Notes: a model not told the origin generated them from the sequence alone. Numbered from the stretch's first letter, positions 10,918 to 21,132 are shown. The stretch is DNA of 64,000 nt from Gammaproteobacteria bacterium (GCA_038142325.1 JAYQJW010000002.1:872795-936794), one strand, 5' to 3'. Made by a program: numbers and translations.

Positions 10918-11805
10918 ATGAAAAGTGGTAAAAAATATAAAGTTGGTTTTATTGGCTTAGGTATCATGGGCAAACCCATGGTTTTAAATCTTATTAAAAA
11001 TAATTTTGAGGTTTACTTCTTTGCTAGAAAAAAAAATATAATTGATGAGGTTGTAACGGCAGGAGGAATTTTTATTTCTGCTATCGAAGAAATTCCTAAT
11101 TACACATCATTATCTATAACCAATCTTCCAAACACCAAAGATGTTAAACAAATAGTAATCGGAAAGAAGGGTTTGATAAATAATATAAGAAAAGGATATG
11201 TTGTTATAGATATGAGCACTATCTCACCTCAAGGTGCTAGAGAGATAAATGCTAGCTTAAATACAAAGAATTCATATTTCATAGATGCGCCTGTATCTGG
11301 TGGAGAGGCTGGTGCGATATCTGGCGCATTATCAATTATGGTTGGTGGTGACAAAAAGATATATCAAAAAATTAAATATGTTCTAATGGCTGTTGGCAAA
11401 AAAATTACATATATCGGTGATAGTGGCTCGGGTCAAGTATGCAAGGCATGCAATCAAATATTAGTTGCACAAACTATTCAATCAATAAGTGAAATTATAA
11501 ATATTGCGAAAAAATCAAATATTGACCCTAAACTAATAAGAGAAGCGCTCCTAGCAGGATATGCTAATAGCAAAATACTCGATATTCATGGTATGAGAAT
11601 GATTAATTCAGACTTTAACCCTGGATTTAAACTCTCTCTACATCACAAGGATTTAAAGATAGCCAAAAATCTTACAAAGCACTTGAATATTAATATAAAG
11701 GGTTTAAATCATGTAAAGAAATTAATGAAATTAGCAGAACAAGAAGATTTATCAGATCTAGATTCTTCAGCCATACATAAAATATTAGAAAAAATACATA
11801 ATTAG
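10918..11805 (+). CDS. NAD(P)-dependent oxidoreductase, 2-hydroxy-3-oxopropionate reductase / 3-hydroxyisobutyrate dehydrogenase family
   Basis: GFIGLGIMGKPM, DAPVSGGEAGA, GSGQVCKACNQ and FNPGFKLSLHHKDL. Confidence 0.9.
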   Translation: MKSGKKYKVGFIGLGIMGKPMVLNLIKNNFEVYFFARKKNIIDEVVTAGGIFISAIEEIPNYTSLSITNLPNTKDVKQIVIGKKGLINNIRKGYVVIDMSTISPQGAREINASLNTKNSYFIDAPVSGGEAGAISGALSIMVGGDKKIYQKIKYVLMAVGKKITYIGDSGSGQVCKACNQILVAQTIQSISEIINIAKKSNIDPKLIREALLAGYANSKILDIHGMRMINSDFNPGFKLSLHHKDLKIAKNLTKHLNINIKGLNHVKKLMKLAEQEDLSDLDSSAIHKILEKIHN

Positions 11806-11845
11806 ATATTAAGATTTGTATATTAATATATTATAATTCTCGTAT

Positions 11846-12244
11846 ATGGAAAATAAGTACGAGATAATATATAGAAAATTAAACGTTACCCCTACAAAAC
11901 AAAGGGTTGATTTAGCTAAGTTAATATTTTCTAAAAAACAACATTTTACAGCTACTGACCTTATCTCTGTAGCAGACAAGAAGAACTTAAATATTTCCAT
12001 GGCAACTATTTACAATACTTTATCTTTATTGGAGACAAAAGGAATGCTAAAAACTATCAACATTGAAAATGATTTAAAATTTTATGATACAAATCTAGAC
12101 AACCATCATCATTTGTACAATACGACTATGAGTACACTAACTGATATAGATCATGATCAAGTAGTATTCTCAGATTTTCCTGAACTACCTAAAAATCTGC
12201 AAATTGAAAGCACTGAGGTACTTATTAAAGTTAAAAATAGGTAA
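11846..12244 (+). CDS. Fur-family transcriptional regulator, Irr-like
   Basis: PTKQR, HFTA, SMATIYNTL and YDTN..HHHLY; no CxxC Zn motifs; C-terminal PELP..I resembles Irr. Confidence 0.85.
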   Translation: MENKYEIIYRKLNVTPTKQRVDLAKLIFSKKQHFTATDLISVADKKNLNISMATIYNTLSLLETKGMLKTINIENDLKFYDTNLDNHHHLYNTTMSTLTDIDHDQVVFSDFPELPKNLQIESTEVLIKVKNR

Positions 12245-12247
12245 AAG

Positions 12248-12829
12248 TTAACTAGACTTAAAATCTTTTTCAAGACTTTCTTTAACAGATTTATCAAGGA
12301 TTACTTCTTTATCATACTCTTTGTGGTTAACTCCAACTACTATTTTATCGCTGGATAGAAATTCAGTTACCTCGTCATGGGTGAACTGAAACCTTAAAAA
12401 GTGTACGGCAGATGTTTTTTCATCAGTACTTCTATCTAAATCTTCGTCTGCAAAAGCTATAACTTTTTTTTGACCAACAGATATCCAAATATTGTTTTCA
12501 ATGTCATGAAGTTTAAGTAGCATTTGTCTTCTTACTTCTACATCAGGATACATTATTAGCATAGTTGCTTTCAGATTCGTACCATCAGGAATAAGAGGGT
12601 TGTAGGCATCAATTTCTTCTTGTATTTCATCTTTTTTAAATATTTTCTCTATACGAAGCATCTCTTGTACTTGATATTTAATCGTCTTGAAATCTTCGAA
12701 TATAAGAACAATGTTATCTCCTATACTGACAGTCCTATTTTTTTTGTGATTGATAACATCTTTTTTTAGATTCTCTCTTTCAGAATCATACTCTTCAAGC
12801 GATAGTAGGTTTGATATCTCTAATTTCAT
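12248..12829 (-). CDS. DUF3501 family protein (rubrerythrin-associated)
   Basis: YQVQEMLRIEK, YNPLIPDGTNLKATM and KTSAVHFLRF; third gene of the rbr operon. Confidence 0.9.
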   Translation of the reverse strand: MKLEISNLLSLEEYDSERENLKKDVINHKKNRTVSIGDNIVLIFEDFKTIKYQVQEMLRIEKIFKKDEIQEEIDAYNPLIPDGTNLKATMLIMYPDVEVRRQMLLKLHDIENNIWISVGQKKVIAFADEDLDRSTDEKTSAVHFLRFQFTHDEVTEFLSSDKIVVGVNHKEYDKEVILDKSVKESLEKDFKSS

Positions 12830-12831
12830 GT

Positions 12832-14153
12832 TTATATTCCGTATGCTTTTTTAATTAAACTAATTGGATGTTCAGGCGCCTGTGTGTTACCTAGTGAATT
12901 TTCAATATGATGAGCAGCTAACGAACAATCACTCGTAAAGCTATCAAAATTTGCATCTTTAAATGCTTTTGTTATAGGTTTGGCAATTTTGATTGCAATA
13001 TCATGTGTTTCTGACTTGACGCCATACGTACCATCATGTCCAGAACAACGTTCTAATGCATCAACTTTTGTTCCTGGTATCAATTCAAGAATTTTTTTGT
13101 CAACATGCCGAAGTTTTGTACCCTTTGGTGACAAGCAACCTGATAAGAAACATTACCAAGTTTTGTTTTGAAATCTTTATTTAATATACCTTCATCATTT
13201 AGCATATTTAAAAACTCAAATGGGTCTCTGAATGATTGTGATACATTAATAAGATCTTGATTGTCTGGGAAAAGTAATGGCAGCTCCTGTTTATACATTA
13301 ATACGCAAGAGGGTATAGGCGCTATTATTAAGTAGCCTTGTTCTACATATTTTTTGAATTGTGGCAAATTATTCTTCATCATCTGTTCAACTTTGGTAAT
13401 ATTTCCCAGTTCAAGCTTAGGCATACCACAACAGTTATCTTGAGAGATTATATCTACAGTCACATTGTTATGTTTTAAAATGTCATAGAAATCTTTAATT
13501 ACACCAGGTTCATTATAATTGTGATAACAAGTTGTATATATAGCAACTTTGTATAGTGCATTATCAACATGATTCATGAGACCAAATTTTTTAGCGGTCT
13601 TAGATACAAATTTAGGTAGTTTTGCGTTTTGATGAATGCCAAATAAGGTTAATAACTTTCTAAAAAGTTTCAAATTATTAAAAAAATTAGCAAAACTTGA
13701 AATTAGTGGTCTTGAAAATAATCTACCGAGCATATCTGTAGATGAGAGAATCTTGTCTCTTAGTGATGTTTTCTTTTTTGAATCCTTTATAGCTTTACCT
13801 CTCAACATAAGATGAGGAAAATCTATTTCCCATTCATGTGGCGGTACATAAGGGCACTTAGTCATAAAACATAAATCACAAAGATAACAGTGGTCAACTA
13901 CAGAGCTAAACTGTTCATAAGCTACACCATCAACTTCAAAAGTCTCAGAATTATCTATCAAATCAAACAGACTTGGAAATGAGTTACACAAGCTAACACA
14001 GCGTCTACATCCATGACATGCGTCAGCAACTCTTCTAAGCTCTTGCTCATATTTTTCTTCGTTCAAAAAGTCAGGATTTTTCCAGTCAATTATATGCCTG
14101 GTTGGTTTTTCTAAACCGCCTTCTGTGGTTGTGTTTTTATTAGTTATGTCCAT
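12832..14153 (-). CDS. Rubrerythrin-associated Fe-S oxidoreductase (4Fe-4S motifs plus CCG domains; GlpC/heterodisulfide reductase-related), frameshift in T7 run at 13092-13098
   Basis: CHGCRRCVSLC, CYLCDLCFMTKCP, CCGMP, then RCSGHDGTYG and SDC; one extra A joins the two ORFs (GMLTKKILELIPG). Confidence 0.88.
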
Positions 14154-14174
14154 TTTATTTCCAAAATTTTTGCT

Positions 14175-14201
14175 CTAGTGAGCGATAATATCGCTCACTA
14201 G
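14175..14201. terminator. Intergenic stem-loop between rbr and the Fe-S oxidoreductase gene
   Basis: CTAGTGAGCGAT-AAT-ATCGCTCACTAG, perfect 12-bp stem; no immediate U-tract. Confidence 0.6.
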
Positions 14202-14210
14202 TACATAAAG

Positions 14211-14630
14211 TTATGAGATTGATTCTAGCGCTTTTGTAAAACGATTAGCATGAGATCTCTCAGCTTTAGCAAGAGTTTCAAACCAGTCAGCTATTTCATC
14301 ATGACCTTCATCTCTAGCTGTCTTTGCCATTCCAGGATACATATCTGTATACTCATGAGTTTCGCCAGCTATAGCAGCTTTCAAGTTAGCTACGCTATCA
14401 CCGATAGGTTCACCTGTTGCTGGGTCGCCACATTCTTTTTCAAGATATTCAAGGTGACCATGAGCATGTCCAGTTTCTCCTTCAGCTGTTGAACGAAAAA
14501 CAGTAGCTATGTCGTTTTGTCCTTCTACATCAGCTTTTGCCGCAAAGTAAAGATAACGTCTATTTGCTTGTGACTCACCAGCAAATGCATCTTTTAGGTT
14601 TTGTTCAGTTTTTGAACCTTTTAAGCTCAT
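14211..14630 (-). CDS. rbr: Rubrerythrin, short aerobic type without rubredoxin domain
   Basis: AFAGESQANRRY, GETGHAHGH, GETHEYTDMYP and AERSHANRF di-iron ligands; 139 aa; AGGAG SD. Confidence 0.94.
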   Translation of the reverse strand: MSLKGSKTEQNLKDAFAGESQANRRYLYFAAKADVEGQNDIATVFRSTAEGETGHAHGHLEYLEKECGDPATGEPIGDSVANLKAAIAGETHEYTDMYPGMAKTARDEGHDEIADWFETLAKAERSHANRFTKALESIS

Positions 14631-14649
14631 AATATTCTCCTAAATTATT

Positions 14650-14668
14650 ATTTAGAATGATTCTAAAT
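14650..14668. promoter_or_regulatory. ICE (iron control element)-type palindrome, putative Irr operator
   Basis: ATTTAGAA-TGA-TTCTAAAT; the core matches the ICE consensus TTTAGAA-N3-TTCTAAA exactly. Confidence 0.8.
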
Positions 14669-14688
14669 TTATAAAATATATATGTCAA
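14660..14688 (-). promoter_or_regulatory. Sigma70 promoter of the rbr operon
   Basis: TTGACA (14688-14683), 17-nt spacer, TAGAAT (14665-14660). Confidence 0.8.
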
Positions 14689-14714
14689 ATATTTTCTGCT
14701 ATTATAGACAAGAT

Positions 14715-14733
14715 GATAATGATTCTTGTTATC
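14715..14733. promoter_or_regulatory. Fur-box-like site in the rbr/pyrD divergent region
   Basis: GATAATGATTCTTGTTATC, 15/19 identity to GATAATGATAATCATTATC. Confidence 0.45.
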
Positions 14734-14747
14734 TTTGAGTATATGTT

Positions 14748-15761
14748 TTGAATAAATTAATTTTTCAGCTTTTTAAAAATATTGCATTTAAACTAGACCC
14801 AGAAAAAGTTCATGACATATCTCTTGCAAGTTTGGATCTAATATATGGAAGCTATATCGGTAAACTTTTTCATAAAAAGATCATAAAAAATAAAACTAAA
14901 CAATTTGATATTGTTTTTGATAATCCAGTTGGACTTGCTGCTGGGTTTGATAAAAATGCTGACTATCTAAATTTTATTTCGAATGTAGGTTTTGGTTTTA
15001 TCGAGGTTGGTACTCTTACTCCCAAACCGCAACTTGGTAATCCTAAACCAAGAGTATTTAGGATAGTTGATGATGAAGCGATAATTAATCATTTAGGTTT
15101 TAATAATAAAGGCATTGATTACGCGATTGATCAAATAAAAAAATTTAGCAAAAAAATTCCAATTGGAATTAATATTGGTAAAAATGCAACTACAAAAATA
15201 CAAGATGCTTTCCAAGATTACGAGTACTGCTTAAGAAAAGCTTATGCTGTAGCAGATTATATAACCTTAAATGTTTCTTCGCCGAATACTAAAAATTTAA
15301 GGGATTTGCAGAAAGGTGAAAATATGGAGGAATTACTGTGCTCTATAAAGAAACTTCATGATAATCTAAGAAAAGTATATAAAAAATATACTCCTTTAGT
15401 TCTAAAAATTGCTCCTGATATTTCCATTGATACTATCTCTGAATTATCAATACTTATAGATAAATATGAAGTTGACGGGGTTATTTGTACGAATACTACT
15501 ATAGATAAATCAGAAATTTCAGAAAAATACATCAACATACAAGGAGGACTGAGTGGTAAGCCTTTACTAAATAAATCTAATGAGATACTTAAACAAGTTA
15601 ATAATAAAATTAGCAAGGACAAAACTATTATCGGTGTAGGTGGAATAGACTCATGGGAATCTGCTAATGAAAAATTTAAAAATGGAGCCGATTTAATACA
15701 GCTTTATACTGGGCTCGTCTACTAAGGTCCTTCTGTTATAAGAGATATTTTAAAATATTAG
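14748..15761 (+). CDS. pyrD: Quinone-dependent dihydroorotate dehydrogenase (in-frame TAA at 15723-15725, 11 codons before the natural stop)
   Basis: NPVGLAAGFDKN, GNPKPRVFR, NVSSPNT and GGLSGKPL; QLYTGLVY*GPSVIRDILKY continues in frame. Confidence 0.93.
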
Positions 15762-15764
15762 TGG

Positions 15765-16055
15765 TTATTCTGGTTTCCAGACACCATAGGCATCATCTGT
15801 TGATGACGTCGAATCTTTGCTTTCTTCTGAAAGAGTTTCAGTCTGTTGATCATAGACATATTGTGTAAAATCAATTAACTGTTTAAGGATATCATCTCTA
15901 TCTTTCTTGGGTATTTCAGCTGTCGCAACAATAGATCCAACAACGGCGGATAAATATTGGGATGCTAAAATAGGATCCTCATTTTTTGGTTCATAATCTA
16001 CGAGAACTTTTTGAAGATTCTTTAGTAACTCTGGTTTTAGTACTATTTCAGTCAT
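15765..16055 (-). CDS. Hypothetical protein
   Basis: 96-aa ORF with a helical core (QYLSAVVG), acidic linker and C-terminal AYGVWKPE; divergent from the MBL hydrolase. Confidence 0.75.
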   Translation of the reverse strand: MTEIVLKPELLKNLQKVLVDYEPKNEDPILASQYLSAVVGSIVATAEIPKKDRDDILKQLIDFTQYVYDQQTETLSEESKDSTSSTDDAYGVWKPE

Positions 16056-16090
16056 AAATATTCAATCAAGTTATATTATAATGATAATGT

Positions 16091-16786
16091 ATGCAAGCTA
16101 TAAATACATTGTCTGTTAAAACATTTGATGTTGGCCCTATGTTAAATATTGTGTATCTAATATGGGACAATAAAACTAAGGATACCGCAATAGTTGATCC
16201 TGCATGGGACTTAACTGAAGTGCTAAATTTCATAGACAAAAAGGAGCTTAGGTTACGAAAGATTTTACTCACTCATAGTCATCATGATCATGTAAATTCG
16301 ATTGATATAATACTTAAAAAATATGATATTCCAATATATATAAATAAACTTGAAGCAGACTTTTGGTCTAAAGAGTATGATAATTTACTGACAACAAATT
16401 CAAATGAAAAAATAATATTAGGGTCCACAGAAATTTCTTCTCTTCATACTCCTGGCCATACTCCTGGTTCATGCTGCTATTCATTTGATGGTAATCTTAT
16501 TGCGGGCGATACATTATTCGTATTTGGATGTGGTAGATGCGATCTCCATGGGGGTAACCCTGAAGAGATGTATAAATCACTTAAACGTTTAAAAGAAAAT
16601 CTCTCTAAAGAGACTATCATTATGCCTGGGCATAATTACTCAATAAAAAGAAATTCAACCCTTAAAGAAGAAATTCAAGGGAATCCATTTTTTAATTTCA
16701 ATAACCTAAAAGATTTTAGGCAGTATAGAATGCACGAACATGATAAAACAAGAATTGAACCATATGCTCCTATTATTAATTGCTAG
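16091..16786 (+). CDS. MBL-fold metallo-hydrolase (glyoxalase II / persulfide dioxygenase-like)
   Basis: THSHHDH, HTPGHTPGS, GDTLFVFGCGRCD and PGHNY. Confidence 0.88.
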   Translation: MQAINTLSVKTFDVGPMLNIVYLIWDNKTKDTAIVDPAWDLTEVLNFIDKKELRLRKILLTHSHHDHVNSIDIILKKYDIPIYINKLEADFWSKEYDNLLTTNSNEKIILGSTEISSLHTPGHTPGSCCYSFDGNLIAGDTLFVFGCGRCDLHGGNPEEMYKSLKRLKENLSKETIIMPGHNYSIKRNSTLKEEIQGNPFFNFNNLKDFRQYRMHEHDKTRIEPYAPIINC

Positions 16787-17270
16787 ATGCTTTCAATGCT
16801 GATTTAAGTCTTAAAACCAACTTTCTTGTTAAAGCTCTAGTGATTGAATCGTTTGCAATGATTTCCTTCTCTTTGGTTCCCTGCATTTGTGACTCATCGA
16901 AATCATATGATGCGTTTGCAGTAAGGTTGCCAGTTTGTCTGACACCATCGGATAATATTAATTGATACTCTAGGGTTTTGCTTATCTCATATTCGTCAGC
17001 TCTCCCGGATGAATTCACTGATAACTGTCTTTTTGAAGTTTTAATATTTATTATTCTTATAATAGGATATTTTTCTTCAGTTGTATTTTTAACTAATTGC
17101 GAACCTGGTAATTTTTGTTGGAGTAATCTGACAATTTCATTTTCCGAACTACCAGTAATTAACACCTGATCTAGTCCATCTATGTTTATACTACCTCTTA
17201 ACTGGTAACCACATGATGATATGATTATGCTCGTTGATAATAAGAATAAGATTTGAATTAGTTTTCTCAT
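16776..17270 (-). CDS. lptE: LPS assembly lipoprotein LptE
   Basis: Lipobox ISS-CGYQLRG; directly downstream of leuS. Confidence 0.88.
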   Translation of the reverse strand: MRKLIQILFLLSTSIIISSCGYQLRGSINIDGLDQVLITGSSENEIVRLLQQKLPGSQLVKNTTEEKYPIIRIINIKTSKRQLSVNSSGRADEYEISKTLEYQLILSDGVRQTGNLTANASYDFDESQMQGTKEKEIIANDSITRALTRKLVLRLKSALKASSN

Positions 17271-19678
17271 TTAATTACATAGTTGATAAGTTTATTCGGT
17301 ATATATATTGTTTTAATAACATTGGCATTCGTCAAATATTCTATAGTTTTTTTATCATTTGATGCTATTTTCATAACAACATCTTCATTACTTCCTTTTG
17401 GTGCCATTACTTTACTTCTCAGTTTACCATTGATTTGAATAATTATTTGCACTTCTTGATTACAGTCAATGTCCTCAATCTTATCTGGCCAACTGGGATT
17501 TAGAGCTTGATTAAATTCTATTACTGATAAAATTGAGTAGCATATATGAGGTGTAATTGGATAAAGTAGTTTAGCGATAGTACTCATACATTTTTTGGCT
17601 GTTTTATCTGAAATTGTTTGATTGTCTGTTGCTTTAGCTAGACCGTTATAAAATTCCATAATTGTTGCAATTGCAGTGTTATAAGATTTTCTTTTGAAAA
17701 TATCATTTGTTACCTTATCTATTACCTCGTTATGTTTTAATTGTATGAGCATATCTTTATCATTGTTTTGATCATATGATGTGTGGATATGATGGGTTAA
17801 ATTCCACAACCTTTTCAAAAATTTAAAACCTCCCTCAATTCCAGAGTCTGACCATTCAAGGTTTTGTTCTGGTGGCGCTGCGAATAAGATAAATAGTCGA
17901 ATAGTATCTGCGCCATATTTTCCAATAATTTCATCAGGATCAATTGTATTGCCTTTTGATTTTGACATTTTTGATCCATCTTTAAGAACCATGCCTTGAG
18001 ACAACAATGACATAAAGGGTTCGTCATTATCAATCAACCCTTCATCTTTTAGGAGTTTATTGAAAAATCTAGCATACAACAGATGAAGAATCGCATGTTC
18101 AATTCCGCCAATATACTGGTCTACAGGCAACCATGATTTATATTTGTCATCCATCATTTTAATGTTATTTTTAGGATCTAAAAATCTCAAATAATACCAG
18201 GACGATTCAAAGAAAGTATCAAAAGTATCTGTCTCTCTAGTTGCTTTTTGTCCAGTGTAAGGACATATCATATTCTTCCAAGATTCACATTTATCGAGAG
18301 GGTTCCCTTCTCCATTTAAATCTATATCTTTTGGTAATTCAACAGGAAGCTGATCCTCCGGAATAGGATGGACAGATCCATCTTCAAGATAAAAAACAGG
18401 TATTGGGGTTCCCCAATATCTCTGTCTTGATATACCCCAATCTCTAAGACGATAGGTGATTAGTTCTTCTCCAATATGTTGCTCAGTACAGTATTTTGAT
18501 ATTTGAATTTTAGCTTCTTGAGAATTCATCTTATCAAACTCATGTGAATTAATTAATTTGCCATCACCTAAATAAGGAAGTTTTTTACTTTCTTCATCAT
18601 CAATGACCTGAATAATTTCTATTTTAAACTTATCTGCAAACTCAAAATCTCTTGAATCATGTGCAGGAACACCCATTACAACACCAGTTCCGTAACTATC
18701 TAAAACATAGTTTGCAATCCATATTGGTATGTTTTTTTTAGTTATTGGGTGTATACAGTTTACACCGGTGAATATTCCATCCTTTTCGAGTTTTGCCGAG
18801 GACTCTTCAGAAAGCTTTAGCTTTCGATACTTTGTGATAAAGTTTTTAATATTTTGATTTTTTTCAGCTAAATCAAGAGAAAGATCATGATTAATGCTGA
18901 TTGCAACATATGTCACACCAAAGAGTGTATCAGGCCTGGTTGTGAATGCCGTGAATGTCCCATTGTTATCAGACTCGAAACGAATATTCAATCCTTTGGA
19001 CTTTCCAATCCAATTTTTTTGCATTACTTTTACAGATTCTGGCCAACCTTTTAGCTTATCAATATCGTTTAATAATTGTTCAGCAAAAGAGGTGATCTTT
19101 AAAAACCATTGAGGAATTTTTTTTCTCTCAACAATTGCTCCTGATCTCCAGCCTTTTCCATCAATAACTTGCTCATTTGCTAAAACTGTTTTATCAACTG
19201 GATCCCAGTTTACTTCAGATAATTTCCTATAAACCAAACCTTTTTTTAGTAATTGTAGAAAAAACCATTGCTCCCACTTGAAATAACCTGGATCTGCAGT
19301 AGATATCTCATTGTCCCAATCGTAGAGAATGCCAATGTTTTCAAGTTGAGATTTCATATGGAGAATATTTTTCTTAGTCCATTCTTCAGGGTGAACTTTA
19401 TTTTTAATGGCAGCATTCTCAGCTGGCAAACCGAAAGCATCCCAACCCATGGGTTGGAAAACATTTTTTCCAATCATCTTATGCGACCTAGTTATTACGT
19501 CACCGATGGTATAGTTTCTTACATGGCCCATGTGGAGTTTTCCACTTGGATAAGGGAACATGCTTAATACGTAATATTTATTCTTAGAATCTAGAAGTTT
19601 ATTCTTATTATTTTGATTACGCAGCCATTCTTGCTGAGCAATTTTTTCTATATCCTGTGGATGATAAACTTTATTCAT
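17267..19678 (-). CDS. leuS: Leucine--tRNA ligase
   Basis: MFPYPSGKLHMGH, TTRPDT, SRQRYWG and KMSKS. Confidence 0.98.
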   Translation of the reverse strand: MNKVYHPQDIEKIAQQEWLRNQNNKNKLLDSKNKYYVLSMFPYPSGKLHMGHVRNYTIGDVITRSHKMIGKNVFQPMGWDAFGLPAENAAIKNKVHPEEWTKKNILHMKSQLENIGILYDWDNEISTADPGYFKWEQWFFLQLLKKGLVYRKLSEVNWDPVDKTVLANEQVIDGKGWRSGAIVERKKIPQWFLKITSFAEQLLNDIDKLKGWPESVKVMQKNWIGKSKGLNIRFESDNNGTFTAFTTRPDTLFGVTYVAISINHDLSLDLAEKNQNIKNFITKYRKLKLSEESSAKLEKDGIFTGVNCIHPITKKNIPIWIANYVLDSYGTGVVMGVPAHDSRDFEFADKFKIEIIQVIDDEESKKLPYLGDGKLINSHEFDKMNSQEAKIQISKYCTEQHIGEELITYRLRDWGISRQRYWGTPIPVFYLEDGSVHPIPEDQLPVELPKDIDLNGEGNPLDKCESWKNMICPYTGQKATRETDTFDTFFESSWYYLRFLDPKNNIKMMDDKYKSWLPVDQYIGGIEHAILHLLYARFFNKLLKDEGLIDNDEPFMSLLSQGMVLKDGSKMSKSKGNTIDPDEIIGKYGADTIRLFILFAAPPEQNLEWSDSGIEGGFKFLKRLWNLTHHIHTSYDQNNDKDMLIQLKHNEVIDKVTNDIFKRKSYNTAIATIMEFYNGLAKATDNQTISDKTAKKCMSTIAKLLYPITPHICYSILSVIEFNQALNPSWPDKIEDIDCNQEVQIIIQINGKLRSKVMAPKGSNEDVVMKIASNDKKTIEYLTNANVIKTIYIPNKLINYVIK

Positions 19679-21132
19679 AATGGTCTGATATTCGATTAAA
19701 ACCTCTAAGCGTTAGTGACAAAAATATTAACATCAAAATGAAAATATCACCATATTGAGAATAAAAAGATAGGCTCATAGCTGTTGGTATCTGTGCATTA
19801 ATAGTACCAACGGTATCATTTTCAATATGATCTATTAAGCGACCTTTGTTATCTATCACAGCACTTATACCTGTATTAGTTGCTCTCAATATATACCTGT
19901 TAAATTCTAAAGCTCTAATCTGATTAATTTGAAGATGCTGATGAGGAGCTAAAGTTTTTCCAAACCAGGAATCATTACTAATATTAATAATTATTTCGTT
20001 TTCAGATCTAGAGTCAATTAAACGAGGAAATGCGCTTTCAAAGCATATCATTGGGAGAATATTTACATTACCGATCGATAATTCTTTTTTATTATCTTTA
20101 CCATGATGCAAATTAGATAAAGGTATCTCTAAGACATTTGATAATCCTATGAGTAAATCATACCATGGAGTATATTCACCAAATGGCACTAGTTTTCTCT
20201 TATCATAATAATCAATACTGTTTGAAAACAAGACCATGCTGTTGTGATAATGTTTACTGTCCTTTGTAAAAAGTCCTGTCACAAGCGCATTCCTATTACT
20301 TGTTAATGATTGGAATTTATCAAATAGTGGGTTTTTTTTATCAAATACTATCGGCAATATTGTCTCAGGAAATATTACTAAGTTACTCGACCTATTATCC
20401 TGAAGTATTTGATTATACTTAGTAATTATTTTTGAATGATTGATCTTTTCATATGCTTCATTAGGATATATGTTTGGTTGATATATGGTAATAGCAATAC
20501 TATTTGACTGATTAATATTATCCTCATTCAAATGGGCAGGTTGAGCAAAAAAATATATAAAAAGAAAAAAAAATGACATTGTTAAATAAGAAATGCTTTT
20601 ACTTCTTATGGCTTTATAAATAATCCCAGAAAAAAGGATGATCAAATAACCAACTGCATAATTTCCAAAAATCGGATAAATAAAATTAAATACACTTTCA
20701 TTTTGACTATAGCCGACTAAAAGCCATGGAAAGCCTCCAAAAATAAATGATTTAATATATTCTGCAACTATGAAAATAGCAGTGATAGACATTAGATTAA
20801 TAAAATTATATTTGTAGATTTTTTTATAAAATAGTCCGACTAAGAGCATATGGTAAGCTCACAATAATGATTACTATTAAGGTGACAGTAAAACTTGAAA
20901 TGTAGGCCATAGAGCCAAATGTAGTCAGAGAGTGACTTATCCAAGAAATGCCGAATAAATGAAATATGATAGAGAATAAAAAAAGATAAAGGAGTCTATT
21001 TTTTTTTGCAGATATACCATCTAAAACATAGAATAGAGTTATAAAACTTACAATGATTAAGAACTTATAATCATATGGTGCAAATGCTAGAGAATATGCA
21101 AGACCTGATAAAAAGAGATAAAAAAAACTCAA
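19671..21132 (-). CDS. lnt: Apolipoprotein N-acyltransferase (frameshift near 20850)
   Basis: LAFAPY, GGFPW, FPET, KRKLVPFGEY, ICFE and RATNTGIS across two ORFs. Confidence 0.92.
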
